Shown here: positions 1-9,192 of the stretch, piece after piece
Layout of the letters: each line of letters begins with the position of its first letter
Numbering within the stretch: the first letter of the stretch is position 1
NCBI GenBank assembly: GCA_041649675.1
Contig: JBAZMQ010000001.1
Location: 253 to 64,252 of the forward strand
Reading direction: 5' to 3'
Source of the DNA: Patescibacteria group bacterium
GTDB lineage: Bacteria; Patescibacteriota; Patescibacteriia; Buchananbacterales; UBA6539
Length of the DNA: 64,000 bases
Made by a program: the position numbers and the translations under genes
Notes under the pieces: model-generated
Seen by the model: the letters and a program-made list of their open reading frames with translations, nothing else
Databases searched by the model: none
What the model was told of the DNA's origin: nothing

Positions 1-570
1 TTGTTCCAGCTCGGTGGTCACTTTTTCCTTGTCCGGCCAGGAAAGCTTATCCCAGGCCGAAGCGACATCTTTGATTACTGGCAAGTCATTCTGCCAGCAT
101 TGGAGCAGCTCGTACAAATGGCGTTTTCGCTTGTTGGCGGCAATGGCGCTGGTTAAAGCGTCATTGATATCAAGCCAGCGGGAATACAACATTCCCGTAA
201 CCCAATTTTTCACACCGGGCTTTTTCAGGAGCGCTTCCGCTTGCCGACAGGCGTCGGTTTTGATGTCGTCATCCTCTTCTGGGTCAACGACCATGAGCAC
301 AAGGTGCTGGCAGTTTTGGCCATCATGCAATAATTGCATTTGGGCCTTGATTTTTTCAATGGTTGCCTCCTGTGTTGTAATAGTTAGGCAACCTTGGAAA
401 ATCATTGCCATGTGCGGGCTAGTTTCTGGCACCAACCATTTTTTGCCCCGGTGCATCACCCAAAACGGCGATCCTGGTTTTTTGTCTTTTTCGGCGAGCA
501 CGGCAGTGTCAGCCGAGATGACGGCACTAAAGAGCATACCGTCTGGTGGTTGTTTTGGTGATTTTTTCAT
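1..570 (-). CDS. Hypothetical protein, runs off the window edge (MKKSPKQPPDGMLFSAV...)
   Basis: Open frame from ATG at 570 to position 1. GGAGG SD upstream. TTGACA(669-664)-17-TAGGGT(646-641) promoter. Not in the supplied ORF track. Confidence 0.75.
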   Translation of the reverse strand, partial: MKKSPKQPPDGMLFSAVISADTAVLAEKDKKPGSPFWVMHRGKKWLVPETSPHMAMIFQGCLTITTQEATIEKIKAQMQLLHDGQNCQHLVLMVVDPEEDDDIKTDACRQAEALLKKPGVKNWVTGMLYSRWLDINDALTSAIAANKRKRHLYELLQCWQNDLPVIKDVASAWDKLSWPDKEKVTTELEQ

Positions 571-742
571 ATCCTCCGATTGATCCTTTCTAGCCTGTTA
601 TCTGTGGTTTCATTTTTTTACATTGACGGTTTAACCTTAGACCCTATCACTTTTTTGGTTATTTGTCAATATATATTGAGTAAAACAAAAAACCAGATGC
701 TGGTTTAATTCAAAATTAATTGAATACCGATCTGGTGATTTG

Positions 743-1027
743 TTATTTTTTTGTCGGAGTAATATTGACGAATTTAACCCATTCCAGCGAGCCGTTAAAT
801 TTTTTCATTTTTTTGCGGCTAAATTTAACAATGCCCGAGACTAATGCGTATAAAGTATCGTCAGCGCCTTTTTTGACATTCAAACCTGGTCTGATTTTAC
901 TGCCCCTTTGGCGAACCAAGATATTGCCAGCTTTAGCAATTTCTCCGGCAAAAAGTTTGGTGCCTAACCGTTGAGCTTGGGAGTCACGGCCTAGACTAGT
1001 TGAACCGCCTGCTTTTTTATGAGCCAT
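743..1027 (-). CDS. rpmA: 50S ribosomal protein L27
   Basis: [10 protein letters not shown]...RLGTK...ILVRQRG...DDTLYAL signature. Confidence 0.98.
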   Translation of the reverse strand: MAHKKAGGSTSLGRDSQAQRLGTKLFAGEIAKAGNILVRQRGSKIRPGLNVKKGADDTLYALVSGIVKFSRKKMKKFNGSLEWVKFVNITPTKK

Positions 1028-1070
1028 ATTTTTTTAGGTAATTAGGTTTTAGGTAATTAGGTATGAAAAT

Positions 1071-1121
1071 AGTATAAATGATTATGCTTGAATTGTCAAG
1101 AAAGGTAGATTATTGTATAAT
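1071..1121. promoter_or_regulatory. Divergent sigma70 promoters sharing one TTGTCAA/TTGACAA -35 element
   Basis: Minus: TTGACA(1099-1094)-17-TATACT(1076-1071) for rpmA. Plus: TTGTCA(1093-1098)-17-TATAAT(1116-1121) for the lipoprotein. Confidence 0.75.
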
Positions 1122-1130
1122 GGCAAGCAT

Positions 1131-1970
1131 ATGAACCATAAACATTTATTTTTAATTGTACTAGCTTTTGCTTTTTTAGCTGGCTGCCAAACCCAGAATC
1201 AGGCTTTGGTAAATCAGAATATGCCAGTTAATTCAGATAACCAAAATAATCAACCAGCGCCCGTTGAGACTTCAACTGTAAGTTTGGTAAATAATTCGGT
1301 CAATACCAACCAAGCTGTTACCTCAACTGTGCCAGTTAATAAACCCACCAGTACGCCAAGCCAGACAACAACGGCAAAATTTTTGGACTACCCGGTGGCC
1401 TTTGCCACTCAGGCGCCTTATTCTAATTGGGATGCTTTGCACGAAGAAGCTTGTGAGGAAGCGAGTATGACCATGGCGGAAAAATACGTCAAAAATGAAC
1501 CCTTGACGGCGCACATCATGGAACAGTCAATTTTGAATGTCATTAAGTGGGAAGGGGAGAATGGTTATAAAGTTGATTTGTCAGCCCAGGAAGCCGTTGA
1601 TATATTGGCAAAATATTTTAACGTCAAATCGCAATTAGATAATACCGTGACAACGGCGGAGATTAAAAAACAATTACAAGCGGGAAATATTATTATCATT
1701 CCGGCCGCGGGTAGGCATTTGGGTAATCCTAACTTTAAGGCGCCGGGTCCGCTTTACCACATGTTAGTCGTTCGGGGATATGATGATAATAGGGGTGAGT
1801 TTATCACCAACGATCCCGGAACCAGAAAGGGCGAAGGCTATCGTTATAAATATCAGGTTTTAATTGATGCTATCCATAATTGGGATCATTTATGGGACCA
1901 GAACGGAGCCACTGTAACTGATTCGCAAATGGTGCAAGGTAAGAAAGTGATGATAATTATTAATAAATAA
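1131..1970 (+). CDS. Lipoprotein with C39-like cysteine peptidase domain
   Basis: Lipobox FLAGC, N/S/T-rich linker, QAP...W...EACEEAS (Cys), YHMLVV (His), NDPG (Asp). ATG 1131 preferred because the track start lies inside the promoter. Confidence 0.8.
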   Translation: MNHKHLFLIVLAFAFLAGCQTQNQALVNQNMPVNSDNQNNQPAPVETSTVSLVNNSVNTNQAVTSTVPVNKPTSTPSQTTTAKFLDYPVAFATQAPYSNWDALHEEACEEASMTMAEKYVKNEPLTAHIMEQSILNVIKWEGENGYKVDLSAQEAVDILAKYFNVKSQLDNTVTTAEIKKQLQAGNIIIIPAAGRHLGNPNFKAPGPLYHMLVVRGYDDNRGEFITNDPGTRKGEGYRYKYQVLIDAIHNWDHLWDQNGATVTDSQMVQGKKVMIIINK

Positions 1971-2003
1971 ATTTAGGCTTCAATATTATATTTTAAGAGG
2001 GTC

Positions 2004-2059
2004 TTGACAAAGTTTTTTGGCGTGCTAAAATGTAAATACCAACTAAAATGGTTGGTATT
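2004..2059 (+). promoter_or_regulatory. Promoter and Rrf2/IscR-type operator
   Basis: TTGACA(2004)-16-TAAAAT(2026) with extended TG. Inverted repeat AATACCAAC-N7-GTTGGTATT (2035-2059) resembles IscR type 1 sites. Confidence 0.75.
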
Positions 2060-2081
2060 AATTATTAACACCTAAGATATT

Positions 2082-2105
2082 ATGACCGGACCAGGTTGCT
2101 GCTAA
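2082..2105 (+). CDS. Putative leader peptide MTGPGCC
   Basis: ATG ACC GGA CCA GGT TGC TGC TAA in the 5' leader of the Fe-S operon, followed by hairpins. Confidence 0.45.
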   Translation: MTGPGCC

Positions 2106-2159
2106 TCGCAGCTGAGGTGGGCAGGCCTAGCGCCTGCCTATACCTCTTGAATATAGTTT

Positions 2160-2561
2160 ATGAAATTTTCTACCCGATCGTCTTATGGATTAAGAGCAAT
2201 AATCCATTTGGCTAAAAATTACCAAAAAACTCCGTATTCCTTGGCTAAAATTGCCCGGGAAGAAAAAATTTCCCTGGCTTACCTGGAGAGGTTGTTTTCT
2301 GGCTTAAAAAGCGCCGGTTTAGTGACTAGTTCTAAAGGAATGGCTGGTGGCTACCAATTGGCCAAAAGTCCGTCTAAAATCACCGTTTTTAGCGTTATAA
2401 AGGCTCTTGAAGGCCAGATGTCGGTTTTTCATTGCCTAAATGAAAAAGGGGAAATTTTTTGCGGTCAAAAATGTTGCCCTTCGGTCAAGGTTTACCAAAA
2501 GGTCCAAAAGGCGATTGCCGATAGTTTGCAATCAATGACACTTAAAGATTTAATAAAATAA
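2160..2561 (+). CDS. Rrf2-family (IscR-like) transcriptional regulator
   Basis: MKFSTRSSYGLRA..., YLERLF..L...GLV.S.KG..GGY.LA, C-terminal Cys cluster. Confidence 0.93.
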   Translation: MKFSTRSSYGLRAIIHLAKNYQKTPYSLAKIAREEKISLAYLERLFSGLKSAGLVTSSKGMAGGYQLAKSPSKITVFSVIKALEGQMSVFHCLNEKGEIFCGQKCCPSVKVYQKVQKAIADSLQSMTLKDLIK

Positions 2562-2562
2562 T

Positions 2563-3015
2563 ATGGCATATTCACAAAAAGTAATGGATCATTTTAAAAA
2601 TCCTCATAACCAGGGTCAGATTCAAGATGCGTCAACAATTGGTGAGGTGGGCAATCCTCTTTGTGGTGATATGATGAAAATTTATCTTAAAATTGATCAT
2701 CAGCCGTCAACCGTTGATTATTTAGACGATACAATTACTGATATTAAGTTTGAGACCCTGGGTTGCGCTGCCGCTATTGCTTGTTCGTCAGTTTCAACCG
2801 ACATGGTCAAAGGCAAGACTCTGCGCGAGGCTTTTGGTTTGGAAAAAAAGGATATTGTTAATGAACTAGGAGAATTGCCGCCGGTAAAATTGCATTGTTC
2901 GGTTTTAGCGTCCGATGGTTTGAAAGTAGCCATTAAGAATTATTTACAAAATCAAGGAGTTTTAGAAGATTATCCAGAGGTTAAATCGTTCAAAATTGAA
3001 GATAATTTGCACTAG
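2563..3015 (+). CDS. iscU: Fe-S cluster scaffold IscU/NifU N-terminal type
   Basis: YSQKVMDHF.NP.N.G, GNPLCGD, FETLGCAAAIA, LPPVKLHCS. Confidence 0.95.
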   Translation: MAYSQKVMDHFKNPHNQGQIQDASTIGEVGNPLCGDMMKIYLKIDHQPSTVDYLDDTITDIKFETLGCAAAIACSSVSTDMVKGKTLREAFGLEKKDIVNELGELPPVKLHCSVLASDGLKVAIKNYLQNQGVLEDYPEVKSFKIEDNLH

Positions 3016-3076
3016 CTTTTAGCTGGTAGCTTGTAGCTTGTAGGATTCTACCAGTTACAAGCTAAAAGCTAATAGT
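3013..3076. repeat. Inverted heptamer array (TAGCTTG-like / CTAAAAG-like)
   Basis: tagcttt tagctgg tagcttg tagcttg ... ctaccag ttacaag ctaaaag ctaatag. Confidence 0.8.
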
Positions 3077-3082
3077 AAAATT

Positions 3083-3307
3083 ATGAAAGATGAAGTTAAA
3101 AAAGTTTTAGATGAAATCAGACCTAATTTGCAGGCCGATGGCGGCGATGTTGAGTTAGTGGAAGTTGATGAAAAATCTGGCGTCGTTAAAGTCCGGTTGC
3201 AAGGTGCCTGCCAGGGTTGTCCAATGTCACAAATGACTTTAAAGGAAGGGATTGGTCGGGCTTTAAAGAATAAGGTTGCAGGTTTTAAGGATATCGAGTC
3301 AGTTTAG
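3083..3307 (+). CDS. NifU/Nfu C-terminal domain Fe-S carrier
   Basis: IRPNLQADGGDVELV...LQGACQGCPMSQMTLK. Confidence 0.95.
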   Translation: MKDEVKKVLDEIRPNLQADGGDVELVEVDEKSGVVKVRLQGACQGCPMSQMTLKEGIGRALKNKVAGFKDIESV

Positions 3308-3325
3308 ATGAGTAAAGGCAAGTAT

Positions 3326-3410
3326 AAAAAATTAAGAAATTAAGAAAATAAAAGATTAAAGCCAAGCTAGTTTTAATTTCTTAATTTATTAATTTTTTAT
3401 TTTCTTAAAT
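3326..3410. repeat. Inverted 8-mer array (TTAAGAAA / TTTCTTAA)
   Basis: Tandem attaagaa units followed by complementary ttcttaat units. Confidence 0.65.
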
Positions 3411-3413
3411 TCT

Positions 3414-4583
3414 ATGTCTAGCCAAAAAATCTATTTTGATCATTCGGCAACAACGCCCGTTGATCGTGAAGTCTTAAAAGCGATGACACCATTTTTTACT
3501 GAAGTTTTTGGCAATGCTTCTTCGATTCACGCTTTTGGTCAGCAAGCAATTAAAGCGGTTGATGATTCAAGGGAAAAAATCGCGGATTTTTTGGGTTGTA
3601 AAACTAATGAAGTAATATTTACTTCTGGTGCCAGCGAGAGTGATAATATTGTAATTTTAGGTTTGGCTAAACCCAGGCAGCATATTATTACTTCAAAAAT
3701 TGAGCATCCGGCAATTTTAGAACCTTGTAGGGAAATGGAAAAACAGGGTGTTGAAGTAACTTATTTAGATGTTAACAAGAAAGGATTAGTTGAGCTAGAA
3801 TCGGTTAAAAAAGCGATTAAGGAAAACACAAAGCTAATTTCAATAATGTATGTTAATAACGAAATTGGTACGATTCAACCGATCAGTGAGATTGGGAAGT
3901 TGATAAAAAAAGAAAACCGAGAACGGAAATCAGAAAACAGAATTTATTTTCATACCGATGCGGTCCAGGCTACTAATTATTGCGAAATGAATGTTGATCA
4001 GCTTGGTGTTGATTTGGTTTCAATCTCTGGTCATAAGATTTATGCCCCCAAAGGGATTGGAGCACTGTATAAAAGAGCCGGTACGCCGATTAGACCAATT
4101 CAGTTTGGTGGTCACCAAGAATATGGTATTCGGCCCGGAACCTTGAATGTGCCTGGTATTGTTGGTCTAGGTAAAGCAGTTGAATTAATTTCCCAAAGCA
4201 AAAATGATAACGAAAAAATAAAAAAATTACGCGATAAATTAATTGCTGGAATTTTGGCTAAAATTCCTAACGCTATAGTTAATGGTGATTTAGAGAAACG
4301 AGTGCCAGCTAATGCTCATTTTAGTTTTAAAGGTGTAGAAGGGGAAAGTATGCTTTTATTGTTAGACCAGGAAGGCATTGCGGTTTCAACTGGCTCGGCT
4401 TGCTCTTCGGGTTCGTTAGAACCATCTGCCGTTTTAATGGCCTTAGGCATGGATCCACTTTTAGCCCATGGCAGTTTAAGAATAACTTTGGGGAAGTTTA
4501 ATACGGAAAAAGAAATTGATTGTCTGTTGGAAAAATTACCTCCAATTATTGAAAAATTAAGAAAAATTTCGCCAATAAAATAG
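3414..4583 (+). CDS. iscS: Cysteine desulfurase (IscS/NifS)
   Basis: YFDHSATTP, FTSGASES, HTDAVQA, SGHKIYAPKG (PLP Lys), STGSACSS (catalytic Cys). Confidence 0.96.
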   Translation: MSSQKIYFDHSATTPVDREVLKAMTPFFTEVFGNASSIHAFGQQAIKAVDDSREKIADFLGCKTNEVIFTSGASESDNIVILGLAKPRQHIITSKIEHPAILEPCREMEKQGVEVTYLDVNKKGLVELESVKKAIKENTKLISIMYVNNEIGTIQPISEIGKLIKKENRERKSENRIYFHTDAVQATNYCEMNVDQLGVDLVSISGHKIYAPKGIGALYKRAGTPIRPIQFGGHQEYGIRPGTLNVPGIVGLGKAVELISQSKNDNEKIKKLRDKLIAGILAKIPNAIVNGDLEKRVPANAHFSFKGVEGESMLLLLDQEGIAVSTGSACSSGSLEPSAVLMALGMDPLLAHGSLRITLGKFNTEKEIDCLLEKLPPIIEKLRKISPIK

Positions 4584-4593
4584 TTAGGGTAAT

Positions 4594-4628
4594 AAAAAAA
4601 AGACAGGTCAGCGCCTGTCTTTTTTTTA
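4594..4628. terminator. Bidirectional intrinsic terminator
   Basis: A-run AGACAGG-loop-CCTGTCT T-run between convergent iscS and the pil operon. Confidence 0.85.
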
Positions 4629-4635
4629 TTACTAA

Positions 4636-4968
4636 TCAATCAATGCCTTGAATCGTTTGTTTATTTGGTAAGTTGGCGGTGAATGGATTTTTAATCTCAG
4701 CCCAGTTGATTTTGTCGGGGGCGGAAAATTTTTTATCTAGCGCTGTCAGCGCTGTTCTGAATTTTTCAACGTTAATTGTGTAGGGTGATACCTCGGCTCG
4801 TAAAACAACAATTTCTTGTGATTGAGTGATAGTTTGGTAGAAATTTTTGTATAGAAATAAACTCAGAAATCCAATACTAATCAAAAATGTTATTAGAATA
4901 ACAATCGTAATAATTCTAGCTGAAGCCAGGAGTTTAATTATTCTTTGTATTAATTGCTTTATTTTCAT
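4636..4968 (-). CDS. Single-TM hypothetical protein ending the pil operon (PilP-like position)
   Basis: N-terminal TM, ends with ..KNPF, follows pilO. Confidence 0.65.
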   Translation of the reverse strand: MKIKQLIQRIIKLLASARIITIVILITFLISIGFLSLFLYKNFYQTITQSQEIVVLRAEVSPYTINVEKFRTALTALDKKFSAPDKINWAEIKNPFTANLPNKQTIQGID

Positions 4969-4974
4969 ACCGGT

Positions 4975-5511
4975 TTATTTTTTTTCGGTATTAGATTGAG
5001 TAAAGGCATTGCTGTAAAGGGTGGCAGTGATTGAATCTTTCTCGGCATTAAACTGTAAGTTAGTAATATTTAAATAATAGTTAAGCTTTTCTAGTCCAGT
5101 TAAGTATTTCATTATCTGATAAAAATTGCCTTGAATTGTCATTTTGATTGGCAAGACTTGTAGATCGCCAGTTTTGGTGGTGCTTTGGGTATTTAATTCA
5201 AGATTTTGTTTGACACCGTTGGTGCTGGCAACATCTTCAAGGGTAGAAATAAATTTTAATTCATTTCCCTGGGGAATAAAAACTGTATTGAGTTTATCTT
5301 TTTGCGGTTTTATTTCTTCAAAATCGTTAACAGTTTTTTTTAATAGTTGCCCCCTTAAATATTTTTTTTCCAAATCGACTCTCTCAGCGTAAATAGCATT
5401 GCTGATTTTTTTTATATCATGGATAGTTGGGATTATAACCAAACCAGCAACTAAGCCAATAATGATAACGAAAAGTAGAATTGAAATAATTATCTTTATT
5501 TTAAAATTCAT
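4975..5511 (-). CDS. pilO: Type IV pilus assembly protein PilO
   Basis: TM, coiled coil, then G.FYQIMKYL..LEKL.....I..L. Position after pilM-pilN. Confidence 0.85.
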   Translation of the reverse strand: MNFKIKIIISILLFVIIIGLVAGLVIIPTIHDIKKISNAIYAERVDLEKKYLRGQLLKKTVNDFEEIKPQKDKLNTVFIPQGNELKFISTLEDVASTNGVKQNLELNTQSTTKTGDLQVLPIKMTIQGNFYQIMKYLTGLEKLNYYLNITNLQFNAEKDSITATLYSNAFTQSNTEKK

Positions 5512-6074
5512 AAGTTTGCTAGTTGGTCAAGGTTGATTTTACCCTCAACTTGAAAATCTATATTTTCTTTTTTTAGAAGGTAATCCAGAGGTATGTCAAT
5601 ATCAGAAAGGAGGGAAAAGCTTTCCAGATTGCTTTTGAATTTTAATAAATTATCTCGGGTTTTGGCAAAACCATTAATTATAATTTGATTTTCCTCGCTG
5701 CTTTCTATATTTAAATTATAAAGACTGACATTATCCGGAATAATTAAAATAAATTTATTCATAAAACTAGTCCAGCTAAAGTAGCTCCCTTGGATTTTAT
5801 TTACGAGTGATAGCTGTTTATTAAAGTTTTCAATATCGGTATTTAATATTCTGCCATATTTTGTGGTCAAAGTGCTATTAGCGACCACTTCATTAAAATT
5901 ATTTTGTAAAGTTATTTTTGCTATCATTAAAACTACGGCAATAAAAATTGTGAAAAGTAAAAAAATTATAGTTAAATTTTTTATGACAATATAAAACTGA
6001 CGGAGGTTTAGTTCTTCTTTTTTTTGCGGTGGGATTAAATTCAAACTAATCATCGGTGTTTTTCCTTTTGCCAT
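5508..6074 (-). CDS. pilN: Type IV pilus assembly protein PilN
   Basis: ISLNLIP motif, TM, IPDNVSL..L, I.G.A.TRD.LL.F..NLE. True start is probably the internal MISLNL. Confidence 0.85.
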   Translation of the reverse strand: MAKGKTPMISLNLIPPQKKEELNLRQFYIVIKNLTIIFLLFTIFIAVVLMIAKITLQNNFNEVVANSTLTTKYGRILNTDIENFNKQLSLVNKIQGSYFSWTSFMNKFILIIPDNVSLYNLNIESSEENQIIINGFAKTRDNLLKFKSNLESFSLLSDIDIPLDYLLKKENIDFQVEGKINLDQLANL

Positions 6075-7117
6075 ACCCTTAAACCTAAGCCAATAGCAGT
6101 TGTATAGGATAGCAATTTATCCTGGGGGATTTTTATCTTTCTGTTTTTACCCAAATTAATTAAGGGATTAGCGATAGTTACTGGTAATTTTAGTTTTTCG
6201 GTCAGTACTTTGTCAATTTGACATAAATTAGCCCCGCCGCCACAAAGAATAATTTCAGTAACGGCATTGCTGTCCGGGGAGTTAGTCTTATAGAAGGTAA
6301 TGGCTTGATTTATATGATTGGCTAAATTATCAATCGCTAAGGCCATGATTTTTAAAACCGCCCCTTCGCATTTTTGCGGGTCCAGCCCACAAACTATTTT
6401 TGCCTTTTCAGCCTGGGCAAGCTCTAATTTTAAATTTGTAGCGATTGTTTCGGTTATTTTGTTACCAGAAATTGGTAGGCTGGAAGTAAATTGAACCGTT
6501 TGTTGATCATAGACGATTAAACCAGTCCTGGTAGCACCAAAGTCAATAATAATCTTAGCTTGTTTGGTATTTTTTTCTTTTTCGTCAATTACTGCGCGAG
6601 CAATAGCGATCGCTTCTATTTCAAAAATTAGTGGTATGAGCCCAGCTTTTTGGATGGCTGAAAAATAGGAATTAGATATTTCTTGGGGTACTACTCCGAC
6701 TAAAATTTTTGTTGTTTTATTGCTTTGTTCAACTATTTGCCAATCAAAGCAAGCCTCTTCTAAGTTTAAGGGAATGTGTTTTTTTATTTCTTCTTTAATT
6801 GATTCCGAGAGGTCTTTTTCTTTGCTAATATAAGGAATTTCAATAACTTTGATAAAAGTTTTTGGTTCAGGTAAAACGGTGACTACGTCTTTAGCAATTA
6901 TTTTTTTCTCTTGGCTAGTTTTAACTAATTTAGTAATTGAAGATACTAAATTATCCAATTTAGCAATTTCACCATTGATGATAATGCCTTGGTCGATCTT
7001 AATTTCATTAAAGGAAAAAATAATTAAATTTTTACCTCGTTTTTTGAGTTGAATTAATCGTAAAGCGCCTTCGCTAACATCTAGGCCAAAAGTATTTTTA
7101 GAAAAGTTGAATAACAT
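6050..7117 (-). CDS. pilM: Type IV pilus assembly protein PilM
   Basis: FGLDVS, IIDFGATRT, ILCGGGANL, TTAIGLGLR (actin/FtsA-like fold). Confidence 0.92.
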   Translation of the reverse strand: MLFNFSKNTFGLDVSEGALRLIQLKKRGKNLIIFSFNEIKIDQGIIINGEIAKLDNLVSSITKLVKTSQEKKIIAKDVVTVLPEPKTFIKVIEIPYISKEKDLSESIKEEIKKHIPLNLEEACFDWQIVEQSNKTTKILVGVVPQEISNSYFSAIQKAGLIPLIFEIEAIAIARAVIDEKEKNTKQAKIIIDFGATRTGLIVYDQQTVQFTSSLPISGNKITETIATNLKLELAQAEKAKIVCGLDPQKCEGAVLKIMALAIDNLANHINQAITFYKTNSPDSNAVTEIILCGGGANLCQIDKVLTEKLKLPVTIANPLINLGKNRKIKIPQDKLLSYTTAIGLGLRVWQKEKHR

Positions 7118-7126
7118 AGTTTTTTA

Positions 7127-8530
7127 TTATCGGTTCATTTCTTCCCAGGAAATGAATTCATACTTACCGCTGGTCGGAAAATATGGTGGCGGGGCGTAGA
7201 GAGTATTAGGATCGTAAACATAAGCACGATTTGCGTAGCCACTTGAGCCACTAGACATATAGGGCGTTAAATTACTGATTGTTGTGCCATATAGCGTAAA
7301 TTGGTTTCTTGATACAGTGGAACCGCATTCATAGCTTGAGCCATAATCAGGTCGATAGCGTTTGCCATTTTTAGCGATTAAAACAGCATCAATTTCTAAA
7401 TTATCAGCGCTGTATAATCCGATAACCACATTATTCTGAGCAATAAGGCCAATAACATCGTGTCCATCCTTGTTGGTGTATAACAAATTGTTATTTAGAA
7501 AAATATCGGCTGTGCCAGTATCAAGCGGTTCTTTGGCCGCAACAACTGTTGCTCGGCTATGGTCTATTGTCCCGTCAATCCAGACATTATCTTTGACAAA
7601 AATCATGCCATTTTCGGGAATCGTTGTGGTTTGCCAATCAGTTTTGTAATTGCCGATGCCGCCAGTTGGTTGATTGTTACAGTCTGACGTCTTAGTTTCT
7701 ACTGTGCGATAGCGGAAAGTATTATTAGTTTGAAATTGGAGGTGGTAACCTTGGTAGCCTGAAGCGGGTAGAAAAAATCCACTTGATGTAGCAGCCGCTT
7801 CCATCGTACTTAGATTTTGAGTAAAACCGGTAAAATCGACTGCTGGTACGGGAAATTCTTTGCCGGCCAAAAACACTTGACTTTCATGAGATTGACTAGT
7901 CCAAACTCCGTCGTGCCAAGAACCGCTATACCAATATTGTTGTAAGGCGCTGCTGATTATATTATGAGCGACACCATCAAATCTGACACCACCATTAGAA
8001 ATCACTGGACCATAAGTTTCAGAACCAGTTCCGTAATCAATATTGCTATTGACTACCGTAGTAAAACGGGCAAGGGAAGGGACGCCAAGTCGAACAGCCA
8101 CAATCTTTTTAGTGTTAGGGTAGTTTACTGTCCAGCCAGTTGATTTAATTTGAACTACAGTTGAGCCTGGGTAGTCTGGGTCGGGCGGAGTGATTGTTAA
8201 GCTGAAATAACCCAATAAATCACCACTTGGATCATGGTATTCATGAACATAAGGGCCGCAAGGATAGCAACTACTTTGGCCGGTGCCGTCGGTATAATCT
8301 TGCAAAGCATGAGCTAAATGCCAACGGTAGTAATTTGCGCCAGCTTCGGCAATTTGTTGAGCCAGACTCTGAGCTTCCCATTGGCGGCTTAGGCGCCTTT
8401 GTTGATTAACTAAACCAATCAGACCACTGGCAATTATTAAAAAGACACCCATAAAAACCAATGTTGTTATCAGTATATCACCTTTTTGCTGGTAAACCAA
8501 GATATTTTTTTTATAAATTTGGTGGTTCAT
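7127..8530 (-). CDS. PilX-like minor pilin / pilus assembly protein
   Basis: KG-hydrophobic N-terminus, A.QIAEAG..Y, C-terminal Y.YD......PPP.FP......SWEE. Confidence 0.75.
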   Translation of the reverse strand: MNHQIYKKNILVYQQKGDILITTLVFMGVFLIIASGLIGLVNQQRRLSRQWEAQSLAQQIAEAGANYYRWHLAHALQDYTDGTGQSSCYPCGPYVHEYHDPSGDLLGYFSLTITPPDPDYPGSTVVQIKSTGWTVNYPNTKKIVAVRLGVPSLARFTTVVNSNIDYGTGSETYGPVISNGGVRFDGVAHNIISSALQQYWYSGSWHDGVWTSQSHESQVFLAGKEFPVPAVDFTGFTQNLSTMEAAATSSGFFLPASGYQGYHLQFQTNNTFRYRTVETKTSDCNNQPTGGIGNYKTDWQTTTIPENGMIFVKDNVWIDGTIDHSRATVVAAKEPLDTGTADIFLNNNLLYTNKDGHDVIGLIAQNNVVIGLYSADNLEIDAVLIAKNGKRYRPDYGSSYECGSTVSRNQFTLYGTTISNLTPYMSSGSSGYANRAYVYDPNTLYAPPPYFPTSGKYEFISWEEMNR

Positions 8531-8558
8531 TTTTTATTTTAGTATTGAGATGTAATAT

Positions 8559-9191
8559 CTATAAATTATCTTTGAGGTTTCTGATCTGGGCATTTGAGAT
8601 TAAAATATAACTATCAGGAGCCTTGTCAATATCAATATTTATTTTTAAAAATAATCTTATTAGACGAATTTGGTTAACTGCCGCTGGCGTTGGTAGGGGA
8701 TTATTGGTGGTGTCGGTTGGGTAATTGCTGTTGTAGTAATAAAAAATTGGCGTGCTGGAATTTTGGACATATTTTGAAACTGTGGTGATGGTTTCGGTAG
8801 CAGTGTATTGCGCTGGGAAACCAGTTGGAACAATGACACCTTTTTTTAATTCAGTGTTGTCTAGAAAGTATCTTACTTTTTCAAACACTCCATCATTATT
8901 AATATCACTATAGAAAGCCAGGCTTTGGTTTTGGGCCGACTCTATTGGGTAGCTGCCATTTTCGGCCGGTGATGCTTTTCTGATTTCTTTTACCATAGTA
9001 TCAATATTTTTTCGGGCATAACTAATGGCATCACTTTGCTCCAAAGCAAAACGATTGGCCTCAAAACTTTGTTTCATGAAAGTTAAGACTAAAGAGCTAG
9101 CCATTAGGAATATACCAATTGCAATTAATGTTTCAGCTAAAGTGAAACCAAGCGGCTGAGTTATTTTTTGCGGCATTAATTTAACATTCAT
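8559..9191 (-). CDS. Prepilin-type minor pilin (PilW-like)
   Basis: GFTLAETLIAIGIF class III signal peptide. Confidence 0.85.
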   Translation of the reverse strand: MNVKLMPQKITQPLGFTLAETLIAIGIFLMASSLVLTFMKQSFEANRFALEQSDAISYARKNIDTMVKEIRKASPAENGSYPIESAQNQSLAFYSDINNDGVFEKVRYFLDNTELKKGVIVPTGFPAQYTATETITTVSKYVQNSSTPIFYYYNSNYPTDTTNNPLPTPAAVNQIRLIRLFLKINIDIDKAPDSYILISNAQIRNLKDNL

Positions 9192-9192
9192 C

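Noticed and set aside
14-583. 189-aa + strand ORF in the track
   Set aside because: Antisense shadow of the minus-strand ORF starting at 570, which has an SD and a promoter
2060-2152. Minus-strand resemblance to a SAM-I riboswitch (CAAGAG...GCAACC...GGTGTTAA)
   Set aside because: Points away from the operon and lacks the AUC/GAU P1 and pseudoknot elements. An Rfam scan would settle it.
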